NCBI GenBank assembly: GCA_016935265.1
Contig: JAFGRH010000043.1
Span: forward strand, 1-59,157
Direction of reading: 5' to 3'
Length of the DNA stretch: 59,157 nt
DNA from: Candidatus Woesearchaeota archaeon
GTDB lineage: Archaea > Nanobdellota > Nanobdellia > Woesearchaeales > UBA10216
Shown here piece by piece: positions 1 through 8,226 of the stretch (positions within the stretch are counted from its first letter, which is position 1; every line of letters begins with the position of its first letter). The notes beneath the pieces are model-generated. The model saw only the letters and a program-made list of their open reading frames with translations, was not told the DNA's origin and ran no database searches. The translations under genes were made by a program, and so were the position numbers.

Positions 1-824
1 ATTTCCTTTACCTGCTTCTGCTCAAGCTTCACAACCGGCAGGTCTGGCTCTGGTATGAACATGTAGTCCATTGCCTGCTCCTTGCTTCTCATGAAGGCTG
101 TTGTTTCTGCCTTTTCGTTCCATGCCCTTGTTTGCTGGCTTATCTTCTTGCCATCTTTCAGCTCTGCCTGCTGCCTCATTATCTCGTATTCTATTGCCTT
201 TACTATGCTCCTGAAGGAATTGACGTTTTTTACCTCAACTCTGTTGAAAGCAGGCCCGACTGAAACATTCACGTCTGACTTAACCCCCGCTTCTGGATCT
301 ATTGCCTTGATGTAAGAGAGGGTTGTCATCAGCTTCTTCAGCCATTCCCTGACTTCTGCTGCGCTTTTGAAGTCAGGCTTGGTTACTATCTCCACTAACG
401 GCTGCCCTGACCTGTTGTAATCAACGCAGCCGGTTTCAGGGTCCCACCTTGCAGGGTCTTCCTCAAGGTGCACGTCGCTTATTCCTATCCCAAGAAAGTC
501 CCCTTCCTCTCCGACAGGGACAGAGTAGCTTCCTGACATCGTTCTTTGAAATCCTGTTGGCATGTCAGGCCATGAGTAGTGCTTTCTCTGGAAGAGAAGC
601 CTTCTGTTTATCCTGCAGTTAAGCATTGCGGCTATTGCAACTATTTTCTCAACAGCCTGCCTGTTCGGGAGCATAGGCTTGCTTCCCGGCATTCCCGTGC
701 ATATCGGGCAGATGTTCGTGTTAGGCTCTGCATTCAGCTCTATCTTATCCTCGCAGAAAAGCTTTGTCCTGTTCTCAACGGCAAGGTAGCCGTGAATCTC
801 AAGACCTACCTTAATCTGTTCCAT
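1..824 (-). CDS. gatB: Asp/Glu-tRNA amidotransferase subunit B (GatB/GatE family). This is the 5' part of the gene; the 3' end lies beyond the left edge.
   Basis: Absent from the ORF track because it runs off the window. My reverse-strand translation from ATG 824-822 stays open to position 1. It reads MEQIKVGLEIHGYL..NTNICPICTGMPGSKPMLPN..FQRKHYSWPDMPTGFQ..VHLEEDPAR, which is the GatB N-terminal signature. Confidence 0.8.
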   Translation of the reverse strand, partial: MEQIKVGLEIHGYLAVENRTKLFCEDKIELNAEPNTNICPICTGMPGSKPMLPNRQAVEKIVAIAAMLNCRINRRLLFQRKHYSWPDMPTGFQRTMSGSYSVPVGEEGDFLGIGISDVHLEEDPARWDPETGCVDYNRSGQPLVEIVTKPDFKSAAEVREWLKKLMTTLSYIKAIDPEAGVKSDVNVSVGPAFNRVEVKNVNSFRSIVKAIEYEIMRQQAELKDGKKISQQTRAWNEKAETTAFMRSKEQAMDYMFIPEPDLPVVKLEQKQVKE

Positions 825-865
825 AACCGATGAAATCCTCCGTAGCTTTTTATACTTTTTCTTCG

Positions 866-1492
866 CTACTGAAGCACGAGCTCAATCGGTTTCCCTTTAA
901 GGAACATAGAATAATCCTTTATTATTATGCTGTCCTCAATTATTTCCGCCTCAAATCTCGCCCCTTCAAACTCCTGAATCCCTGTTATCTCTCTGCCGTC
1001 TGCAATGTCAGATGCTATCTTCGCAGCAAACCTGTGAGCCCTCTCAATGTCATAGTCTATCCTCAAAATCCTCGAGCTTATGGCGTTTCTTCCCCACTCC
1101 CTCTGCACAACAACAGCATACACTATATCGGCTGTAAGGTGGTTTCCTATGACAGAGGTGTCCACGTTTGCGCTTTCCCCCTTCAGCACGCCAGCCCCCC
1201 TTCTGCTGAACTGGCTGCTGTTGAAAAGCTCAACAACTTTCTCGGCAGCATTTGTTTCAATTTCTCCTCCTAGTATGCTGCTTCCGTTAATGGCTTCAAG
1301 CACAGCTATCCTCGCAAGCTCATCAAAATACCACTCAAGAATTGCCCTGTCCTCGTTAAGCGCAGCCTGCTTTGCAGCTTCCTCATCAAGGCTTGCGGCA
1401 GAAAGCTTTGATGCGCTCATGAGCATTGTCGCAGTTACTATTATCAGGAACAGCCCGAGTATTGCAAAAAAGCTCATCTGCGCTTTCAGCAT
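866..1492 (-). CDS. Membrane-anchored or secreted protein, last gene of a 4-gene pilin-like operon.
   Basis: ORF track. The N-terminus MLKAQ-MSFFAILGLFLIIV is a short charged leader plus hydrophobic helix, resembling a class III signal peptide. Its start overlaps the stop of 1486..1878. Confidence 0.45.
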   Translation of the reverse strand: MLKAQMSFFAILGLFLIIVTATMLMSASKLSAASLDEEAAKQAALNEDRAILEWYFDELARIAVLEAINGSSILGGEIETNAAEKVVELFNSSQFSRRGAGVLKGESANVDTSVIGNHLTADIVYAVVVQREWGRNAISSRILRIDYDIERAHRFAAKIASDIADGREITGIQEFEGARFEAEIIEDSIIIKDYSMFLKGKPIELVLQ

Positions 1493-1878
1493 GTTCCGAA
1501 TCTCACCTCAATTGTTTCGTAAGACGGCAGCCAGAGGCTTTCCTTTTTGCATTCGCCTGTGCTGCTTGAAAAAGCAGTCTCTCCGTTTTTCACGATTTCA
1601 AAGTCGTATTTTCTTCCGCCGGCACTGCCTTCAAGCGATGCAGCCAGCGCCGTGTCCCTGCATGAGCAGTCAGCCCTTACGCAGCCCCTCACCAAGTCGC
1701 TTATCTGCATTTTCGCCCCGTCGCAGAACGCGGTGCTCTTCATTATTGAAACAAGGGATCTTGCATCAGTTTCTTCAGGAACTGATATTTGCTCAAGCCG
1801 TGGGCTCATCAGCAGGATGAATATTATTGTCAGTAAAGCAACTATTGATATTCCGATTATCTCAGCCTGCCCTTTCAT
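1486..1878 (-). CDS. Archaeal type IV pilin-like protein (class III signal peptide).
   Basis: N-terminus MKGQ-AEIIGISIVALLTIIFILL. It has the K-G-Q prepilin-peptidase-type motif followed by a hydrophobic helix. Start/stop overlaps link it to its neighbours. Confidence 0.5.
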   Translation of the reverse strand: MKGQAEIIGISIVALLTIIFILLMSPRLEQISVPEETDARSLVSIMKSTAFCDGAKMQISDLVRGCVRADCSCRDTALAASLEGSAGGRKYDFEIVKNGETAFSSSTGECKKESLWLPSYETIEVRFGTC

Positions 1879-2297
1879 CTGTAAACCTCTGCCCTTATGT
1901 TTCCTGCAAAAAAGGATTCACTTGCTGCATCGTAAACGCTTACAGGGAAGAAGTGAACCCGTTTCTCCTTGAAGCCTTGTTTCTTGTTTTCGTAAAGCGG
2001 CTCTGCCACAAGCTCAGCATCCCTTACGTATTCCAGCGTTATTACGCTGTAGCCAAAAACGTTGAAGTACTCTCCGCCAACTCTTTCAGCCCTCATAAGG
2101 TCTATGCAGCCTGCTTTTGCCTGCCCCATGTAGGAGCACTGCCATTCAGGCATCGATGCAGCCATTGCTGCTGTTTCGCTGCCGAAATCCGCCTCTTCAG
2201 AGGTTATGCTTGCGTAAAAGAATATTCCGAAGGCAGATATTATAACTACGAATGAAGTTGCAAGCGTTAGCGTGAGTATGCCTATCTGCCCTTTCAT
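1875..2297 (-). CDS. Archaeal type IV pilin-like protein (class III signal peptide).
   Basis: N-terminus MKGQ-IGILTLTLATSFVVIISAF. A 4-nt overlap with the next gene suggests translational coupling. Confidence 0.5.
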   Translation of the reverse strand: MKGQIGILTLTLATSFVVIISAFGIFFYASITSEEADFGSETAAMAASMPEWQCSYMGQAKAGCIDLMRAERVGGEYFNVFGYSVITLEYVRDAELVAEPLYENKKQGFKEKRVHFFPVSVYDAASESFFAGNIRAEVYR

Positions 2298-3211
2298 CAG
2301 TAAAGCACCTCACACGCGTTTTCTGAAAGTATTTCATTCGCCTCTTTTATTTTCAGGACCGCCTGTGCAATATTTTTTGCCCCCTCATTGCTGTAAGAAG
2401 AGTTTCCCTCAAGTATCTTAAGCTCGTTTATAGGATAAGAGCACTCTCCGCTCAGCGCATCTGCCTTTCCCTCATACCTTAAAGCCACAGGCTGCAGTCT
2501 TTTTAGCATGCGGCTTACGCCGCACTCGTAATCATCAGGGTCTGCAGCGATCGCAGCAGCAAGAAGTTCAGGGCTTATGTAAGGAAGCTCTTTCCTGACT
2601 TTCCATGTTCCTTCTTCTTCCTCAAGAAAGACTAATCCGCCTTCTGGCCTTAGCCCTATAGCGTTCAGCACTTCATCATTTTCATTCACCAGAATAGCAA
2701 AGAGGGAAATCACATCTTCTGTTTCAACGTCACCAAGCTCGGCAAGATAGACCGTGTCCCCGAAAATCCTCATTAGAGCGAGCCCTGTTTCCAGCTCAAG
2801 TTCGTCAAAGGCAAGCAGCACCCTTGTGTTTGCCGGCTTTATGAGCACAGCCCTTCCTATAAGAAAAGGCAGCATTACGTCTATCTTTGACATCTGAATC
2901 TTGTCTGCTGAAAATTCCTTTGAGAAAACCACCATTCCTTCAGGCACGACAACAGAGCCTTTTCCAATAAGAAGCTTTGAAGACTCGCAGTCTGAGCTTA
3001 TTTTTTGCTCCTCCGGCAGGCGTATTTCAATATCTGCCTCTCCGCTTGCCATGCTCTTTCCAATGAAGCTTCCCACCATATAGGCAGCGCTGTAAGCAGC
3101 TCTTTCGTTCTGCTTGTAAAAAACCTGAACGAAGAAGAGAAGAAGCATCACGCCGATTATTACTGCGAAAGCCCACTTTATCTGGAGCTCAATAACACCC
3201 CTTTTTTTCAT
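2297..3211 (-). CDS. Pilin-like or membrane-anchored protein, first gene of the operon.
   Basis: N-terminus MKKRGVIELQIKWAFAVIIGVMLLLFFV, a basic leader plus hydrophobic helix. An A/T-rich promoter region lies at 3212-3288. Confidence 0.45.
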   Translation of the reverse strand: MKKRGVIELQIKWAFAVIIGVMLLLFFVQVFYKQNERAAYSAAYMVGSFIGKSMASGEADIEIRLPEEQKISSDCESSKLLIGKGSVVVPEGMVVFSKEFSADKIQMSKIDVMLPFLIGRAVLIKPANTRVLLAFDELELETGLALMRIFGDTVYLAELGDVETEDVISLFAILVNENDEVLNAIGLRPEGGLVFLEEEEGTWKVRKELPYISPELLAAAIAADPDDYECGVSRMLKRLQPVALRYEGKADALSGECSYPINELKILEGNSSYSNEGAKNIAQAVLKIKEANEILSENACEVLY

Positions 3212-3288
3212 AGTCAGGATTATTGCTTCTTTCTTTTTAAACTTTTGGGCGCAAAAGATTTATAACCAATAAAGCAAAGCCTTCGCTT

Positions 3289-3786
3289 ATGTTTGTTGAT
3301 TTGGTAATCCCTGAAAGGAACGAGAAGGCATTCATAGAAATGGGCGGGAAGCTGGGTGTAGGGGGCATTTGCTTCCTCTACAAGTCAGCTTCTGACTTCA
3401 GAAGAATTGGAAAGCTGAAAAGCGCTTTTCCGATTTTTGCAGCGACTTTCAGAAGGAAAGGCAGCACAGTATTTGCCAGGCTTAAAAGCAAGGAACTCTG
3501 TTTTGATGCTGAAAGCCGTGACTTTCCTCAAGGCGCAATTCCCGGCTTTTCCTTTTGCTTCCTTTCTGATTCAAAGAATCTTCCTGCTAGGATTAAGTCA
3601 GTCAGAAGAAGCGTGAAGGCTCACAGAAAAGGAAACCGCTTCTTAATAGCATCGCTTGCCAAAAACCCTTACTCAATGCGCTCCCACCACGACCTTATGA
3701 GCCTTTTTGTATGCCTTGGGATGCTTCCAGGGGAGGCTAAGAAGGCTGCTTCTCTCGCAGCAGTTCTTCTTTCTGCGGAAAATTAG
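3289..3786 (+). CDS. rnp3: RNase P protein component 3 (Rpp30 family), short form.
   Basis: The C-terminal stretch RFLIASLAKNPYSMRSHHDLMSLFVCLGMLPGEAKKAASLAAVLL matches the pattern I remember for archaeal Rpp30 (FL..S.A....R...DL.SL...GM...AK). At 165 aa it is shorter than typical. Confidence 0.6.
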   Translation: MFVDLVIPERNEKAFIEMGGKLGVGGICFLYKSASDFRRIGKLKSAFPIFAATFRRKGSTVFARLKSKELCFDAESRDFPQGAIPGFSFCFLSDSKNLPARIKSVRRSVKAHRKGNRFLIASLAKNPYSMRSHHDLMSLFVCLGMLPGEAKKAASLAAVLLSAEN

Positions 3787-3850
3787 TCACTCAGCGGTGC
3801 TTATTCGCAACATTTAAATACACTCCAAGCAATTTTAGACCTGTATTACA

Positions 3851-6739
3851 ATGTTAAAAAAAGCGGTGATACTGTTTTTGGTAGTTGTACTTCTGCCTGC
3901 TTTAGCCTATGCTCAGAGCTGTGTTGTTGATGAGGACTGCGGGGTAAAGTACTGCAAGGAAAACCTTTACTACAGGAGCTCTGTTTGCATTGACAGCGAG
4001 TGCACGCCTCTTTTCTTCACTGATGACCCATGCGAATATGCTGACTATGTATTGTATGCCAAGGGCGAGGTCATAGTCAGCCCTGTGCCTATTCTGAGCG
4101 TGCGCGCAGCCCTCCCTTACACTGTACTAAACGCGACTCTTGAAATGAATCCGCCCTCAACTAATTATGTTCCTGCCCTTGAAGTCGGCTCTTTGGATTC
4201 AGGGGCAGTTCATCAGTTCATGCCCGCTGCCCCGCTTACCGCTGCATCTTACAGGCTGAGGGTTAACGGAACGCAGCCAACTGCTGAAAAGAATTTTACT
4301 GTTGTCCTGGTAGACATGCCAATCGCGCTTGCCCTGCCTCCCTTCGGAGCTTCGTCTGCAGACATATTTGACATAGTTATCTGGACTCCGCGCGTCGCTT
4401 TATGCAGGTACAGCGCGGTCCTTCAGGGCGATTACAACAGCATGCCTGATTTTACGGTTACCAACAGCAAACTACACAGGAAATACGACTACTCGCCTGT
4501 CCTTAAGAAAATACCTTTTTTCATTAAGTGCAATGACTCTTTTTTGAACAAGATTTCTTCTGCTCAGTTTGACCTGATAAAGGACACTACTGCCCCTGTT
4601 ATTTCCAATGTTACGGCAGTCCCTGACGTCATTTCAGATTATCCCCTTTCAACCACCCTCCATCTGAAGTCTGATGATGAGGTTGTCTGCAAGTACGACC
4701 CAACAGAAACATCCTATGACCTTATGAATTATGTCTTCTCAGGGGATGATGAGAAGATACTGAGCAGTTATTCCAAAAGCAAGTCCGGCAATTTGGCAGA
4801 CCTTGTTGACGGAGTAACTTATTTGCTCAATGTTGCCTGCAAAAACCGCGCGGGCCTTGCCTCTACAGCATCTTCTGTCAGCTTTATTGTTGACACGGAG
4901 GTAACTGGCCGGATTTCAAACCTCACCCCGAAGGACGGCGCTTCTTACGGTACAGGCTCAATAGTTTTCAGCGCATACACAAACAAGAACTCAATCTGCT
5001 GGTATGGCAACACTACAGACCCGCAGGAGCAGTCAAACACCTTCAGCGTTGAGGGCAGATCCCACACTAGCTCTCCTTTGAATATTCCAAGCGGGCAGCA
5101 CACATACTACATAAAGTGCTGTTTTGACCAGTGCCAGACAGAGGAAATCGTAACGACTAAGTTCCTTATTGACTCAACCCCGCCTCCAAAGCCGGTTGTT
5201 GATGACTCCACTGACCTTGAGGGTCTAAGCGCAGAGCGCACATACTCGGTAACCACGCTCTCTGCCTCTTGGTCCTCAAATGATAATGAAAGCGGGATAG
5301 CCTATTACAATTACACCCTTTACGAAGGCTATCAGATAATGAGAAACTGGACCAGCACAACAGCAACTTCGGTAACGCTTGACGACCTCAGCCTTACCAA
5401 CGGCAGGACATATTACTTCTATGTCATAGCCGTAAACGGGGTTAACGTTTCAAGCGAAACAGGAATAAGCAACGGCGTTACTGTTGATACTAGCGCGGCT
5501 CCTGTCAGCTGCACAAACAGCATAAGGGACGGCAACGAGTCAGATGTTGACTGCGGCGGAGGATGTACTGCCTGCAGCCTCGACAAGAACTGTAATTCAG
5601 ACTCAGACTGCAAAAGCGGTTACTGCACAGGCGGGAAGTGCAAGGTGGCAAGCTGCGATGACGGCGTAAAGAACCAGGGAGAGGGGGATGTTGACTGCGG
5701 CGGTCCCTGCACCGAAAAATGCGCTGAGGGAAAGGATTGCAACTACCCGTTTGACTGCGAAAGCGGCTATTGCAGCAAGAACGTCTGCATAGGCGAGACA
5801 AGCTGCGCCAACGGCAAGCTGGATGATGACGAAACGGATGTTGACTGCGGCGGAATATGTGCAAGAGTTATGGAATATACCTGCGTCCTTGGCAAAAAAT
5901 GCTTTGAGGATTCAGACTGCGCATCAGGCCTTTGCGGCCCAAATGGAAAGTGCGTCAAGAAAGGCGACATGGACGCTGACGGCGTCCCTGATGAAGATGA
6001 CAACTGCCCGCTTGATGCAAACAAGAACCAGGCAGATGTTGATGATGACGGAATCGGGGACGCCTGCGATAAAGACAACGACAACGACAGGATTGACGAC
6101 TCCTGGGAGCTTGAGTACGGATTAGACCCAGAAGACCCTAATGACGCTGAGGAAGACCCTGATGATGACGGCCTGATTAACCACTACGAGTTTGTTTACG
6201 GAACAAATCCGTTTGAGGAGGATACTGACGGAGACGGGCATTCTGACGCAAAGGAAGTTGATAAAGAATCAGACCCGCTTGACCCTGACTCAACCCCCAG
6301 CGGAGGCTTCGGGTTCATCCTAATAATATTAATCATCCTTATACTTGGCGTAGTGGGCTTTTTCGGCTACAGGTACTACAAGAAGACGCTAAACTCACTG
6401 CCCCCTCCAAAAAAGCAAGCCCAGCAGGCAGCTGCAAGGCCGCAGCCTAAGAAGCCTCAGCCGCCTCCCCAGCTCAGCGAGCTCCCCCTCGCATCCCACA
6501 AGGTTTTCGAGCAAAAAGAGGCTGACAAGAAGGCGGATATGGAGAAAGTTTTTGACGCATTTAACACGGAAAATACGGAAAAGCTCTTCGGCAGCAAGCC
6601 GCCTGCGCAGAAGCCAAAGCCCACAGACAACCTCTTTGACAAGTTCGCTGAAATCCCCCTGAAGAGCGGGGACGAGGTATTTGAGGAGCTCAAGCGAAAC
6701 ATTGAAGAGGAGGAAAAGCTGCGGAATAAGAGGAAATAA
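3851..6739 (+). CDS. Large secreted surface protein or adhesin. It has Cys-rich repeats and thrombospondin-type-3-like Asp-rich Ca-binding repeats. A C-terminal TM anchor is followed by a Pro/Lys-rich tail.
   Basis: Signal peptide MLKKAVILFLVVVLLPALAYA. Three copies of C..(D/N)G.E.DVDCGG.C..C...C.....C.SG.C. Asp-rich DADGVPDEDDNCPLDANKNQADVDDDGIGDACDKDNDND. TM segment FGFILIILIILILGVVGFFGY. Confidence 0.75.
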   Translation: MLKKAVILFLVVVLLPALAYAQSCVVDEDCGVKYCKENLYYRSSVCIDSECTPLFFTDDPCEYADYVLYAKGEVIVSPVPILSVRAALPYTVLNATLEMNPPSTNYVPALEVGSLDSGAVHQFMPAAPLTAASYRLRVNGTQPTAEKNFTVVLVDMPIALALPPFGASSADIFDIVIWTPRVALCRYSAVLQGDYNSMPDFTVTNSKLHRKYDYSPVLKKIPFFIKCNDSFLNKISSAQFDLIKDTTAPVISNVTAVPDVISDYPLSTTLHLKSDDEVVCKYDPTETSYDLMNYVFSGDDEKILSSYSKSKSGNLADLVDGVTYLLNVACKNRAGLASTASSVSFIVDTEVTGRISNLTPKDGASYGTGSIVFSAYTNKNSICWYGNTTDPQEQSNTFSVEGRSHTSSPLNIPSGQHTYYIKCCFDQCQTEEIVTTKFLIDSTPPPKPVVDDSTDLEGLSAERTYSVTTLSASWSSNDNESGIAYYNYTLYEGYQIMRNWTSTTATSVTLDDLSLTNGRTYYFYVIAVNGVNVSSETGISNGVTVDTSAAPVSCTNSIRDGNESDVDCGGGCTACSLDKNCNSDSDCKSGYCTGGKCKVASCDDGVKNQGEGDVDCGGPCTEKCAEGKDCNYPFDCESGYCSKNVCIGETSCANGKLDDDETDVDCGGICARVMEYTCVLGKKCFEDSDCASGLCGPNGKCVKKGDMDADGVPDEDDNCPLDANKNQADVDDDGIGDACDKDNDNDRIDDSWELEYGLDPEDPNDAEEDPDDDGLINHYEFVYGTNPFEEDTDGDGHSDAKEVDKESDPLDPDSTPSGGFGFILIILIILILGVVGFFGYRYYKKTLNSLPPPKKQAQQAAARPQPKKPQPPPQLSELPLASHKVFEQKEADKKADMEKVFDAFNTENTEKLFGSKPPAQKPKPTDNLFDKFAEIPLKSGDEVFEELKRNIEEEEKLRNKRK
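5543..5853 (+). repeat. Three exact copies of the 17-nt GATGTTGACTGCGGCGG inside the adhesin gene; they encode DVDCGG.
   Basis: Copies start at 5543, 5697 and 5837. Each sits at the same position of a Cys-rich protein repeat of about 45-50 aa. Confidence 0.85.
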
Positions 6740-6799
6740 CAGTAAAATTTAAATATAGCAAATCTAAAGGAACAAGCAATACTAATAAGAGGTGTTAAA

Positions 6800-7069
6800 A
6801 TGCTCAAGAAGGGACAAGGATTGTCAATAAGCACTATAATCATAGCAATTCTGGTGCTTGTTGTGCTGGTTGTGTTGGTGCTTATATTTACAGGGTACTT
6901 TAGCGGCTTCTCCACCAATGTTGGAAGCTGCGCTACTCAGGGCGGAACATGCGTGGCAAATACTGCTGCCTGTGATGCCATCGACGGCAGAATTGTCGGC
7001 GGGCAGAACCAGTATGATGACTGCGCCAATGACCCTTCTCTGGTCCCTTACTGCTGCGTAAGCGTTTAA
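6800..7069 (+). CDS. Small pilin-like protein with a C-terminal 6-Cys mini-domain.
   Basis: MLKKGQG-LSISTIIIAILVLVVLVVLVLIF is a class III signal-like N-terminus. The C-terminus follows SC.TQGGTC....C......C....CC. TATA AAATTTAAATATAG lies upstream. Confidence 0.6.
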   Translation: MLKKGQGLSISTIIIAILVLVVLVVLVLIFTGYFSGFSTNVGSCATQGGTCVANTAACDAIDGRIVGGQNQYDDCANDPSLVPYCCVSV

Positions 7070-7132
7070 TTTTTTTTCTCTTTCTTTTTTTTATCGAAAA
7101 CTAATTAAACTTCGCTCTCCAGTGAGGCTGCT

Positions 7133-7366
7133 ATGAAGGGAAAACTTGCAGCCATATCAACGATGATTGTGGTAATTGCCCTAGTTTTCCTTATAGTGGT
7201 TGCCATAATATTCCTTCTTTCTGCAGGGAGCTTTTCCGCAGAGGTAAACAGCTGTAAGGGTCAGGGCGGGAGCTGCATTCCTGAGGAGGCTTGCGAGGGA
7301 AAGCCGATAGCTGCTCCCTGCGACAGCGGCATCTGCTGCCTTAACCCAATTACCGCAAATAATTAA
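7133..7366 (+). CDS. Small pilin-like protein with a C-terminal 6-Cys mini-domain; paralog of 6800..7069.
   Basis: MKGK-LAAISTMIVVIALVFLIVVAIIFLL, then SCKGQGGSCIPEEACEGKPIAAPCDSGICC. The Cys spacing matches its neighbour. Confidence 0.6.
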   Translation: MKGKLAAISTMIVVIALVFLIVVAIIFLLSAGSFSAEVNSCKGQGGSCIPEEACEGKPIAAPCDSGICCLNPITANN

Positions 7367-7390
7367 AGCAGGGCTGCCTTTTCTTACCTT

Positions 7391-7729
7391 ATGAAGAAGC
7401 ACAGCAAGAAGCCGCAGAGCTTCAGCAGGATTGCCCTTGAGCGGATTGAAAAACTGTTCGCAGAGGCGGACAAGCAGTTCAAGAAGGACAAAAAGCTTTC
7501 TAAACGCTATGTTCTGCTTGCAAGGAAAATCTCTATGAAATACAAGGTCAGGATACCCTCCCGCCTTAAAAAGCGCTTCTGCAGGCACTGCCTTTCCTTT
7601 TTAGTGCCCGGCGTTAATGCAAGGGTCAGGGTTTACGGCAACAGGGTAATATACTGCTGTTCTGAGTGCAAGGGCTATATGAGATTCCCTTATGTAAGGG
7701 AAAAGAAAGCCAGAAAAAAGACTTCTTGA
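7391..7729 (+). CDS. rnp4: RNase P protein component 4 (Rpp21/Rpr2 family).
   Basis: RIALERIEKLFAEA..LSKRYVLLARKISMKYKVRIP..KKRFCRHCLSFLVPGVNARVRV..VIYCCSECKGY. This is the Rpr2 zinc ribbon with CxxC..CxxC. Confidence 0.75.
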   Translation: MKKHSKKPQSFSRIALERIEKLFAEADKQFKKDKKLSKRYVLLARKISMKYKVRIPSRLKKRFCRHCLSFLVPGVNARVRVYGNRVIYCCSECKGYMRFPYVREKKARKKTS

Positions 7730-7801
7730 ACATATATTTCGCAATACAACAATCCTTTTAAATAGTTATAACTACCACTCAGTAACAACAAGGTGGTTTG
7801 A

Positions 7802-7942
7802 TTGCTGGAGGAATTCGAGAAACAGGAAGAGGATGAGGAAACCCTTAAGGAGTTACGGGAGTCCAAGAAGCAGAAGTCTTTCTCTTCTGTAATCAACAAG
7901 CGAAGGCTTAACAAGTTTGATCTTGATGATTTAATGGGATAG
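7802..7942 (+). CDS. Possible 46-aa acidic/basic small protein with a TTG start.
   Basis: Below the ORF-track cutoff. GGTGG lies 5 nt upstream of the TTG. Translation is LLEEFEKQEEDEETLKELRESKKQKSFSSVINKRRLNKFDLDDLMG. I recognise no family. Confidence 0.25.
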   Translation: MLEEFEKQEEDEETLKELRESKKQKSFSSVINKRRLNKFDLDDLMG

Positions 7943-7973
7943 TTTTTTAAATTAAGCCAAGACACTTTATTCT

Positions 7974-8225
7974 ATGTCTTACAATCTTGAAATAGGGCGC
8001 GCAGTTTCAAAAATTAAAGAGAAGCGTGCCAAACGCGTTTGCATCCAGCTCCCTGACGGGCTAAAGCCTAAAGCAAAAGAAATACAGGAAGCCATAGAAA
8101 AGAAGACATCTGCGCAGGTCTTCATCTGGGCAGGCTCGTGCTTTGGCGCGTGCGACATTCCTGCCGAGCTGAAAAACCTCGAAATAGACCTTCTTATCCA
8201 GTGGGGCCATACTGCGTGGAGATAA
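7974..8225 (+). pseudogene. dph2: N-terminal fragment (83 aa) of diphthamide synthase Dph2; either a truncated remnant or a split gene.
   Basis: RVCIQLPDGLKPKAKEI..VFIWAGSCFGACDIPAELKNLEIDLLIQWGHTAW resembles the Dph2 N-terminal domain. The ORF stops 2 nt before an unrelated transporter gene. Confidence 0.5.
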
Positions 8226-8226
8226 A

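Noticed and set aside
1080-1820. Long plus-strand ORFs antisense to the pilin operon: 830..1273, 1080..1820, 1547..1972 and 1827..2255.
   Set aside because: They have low-complexity Ser/Leu/Ala-rich translations, overlap one another in different frames and lack promoter or SD signals. The minus-strand genes have coherent signal peptides and coupled starts.
5166-6125. Several ORFs overlapping the adhesin gene on the minus strand or in alternate frames: 5166..5366, 5419..5613, 5505..5864, 5767..6084 and 5823..6125.
   Set aside because: These are shadow ORFs of a repeat-rich, GC-skewed coding region. Their Arg/Ser/Cys-rich translations show no motifs.
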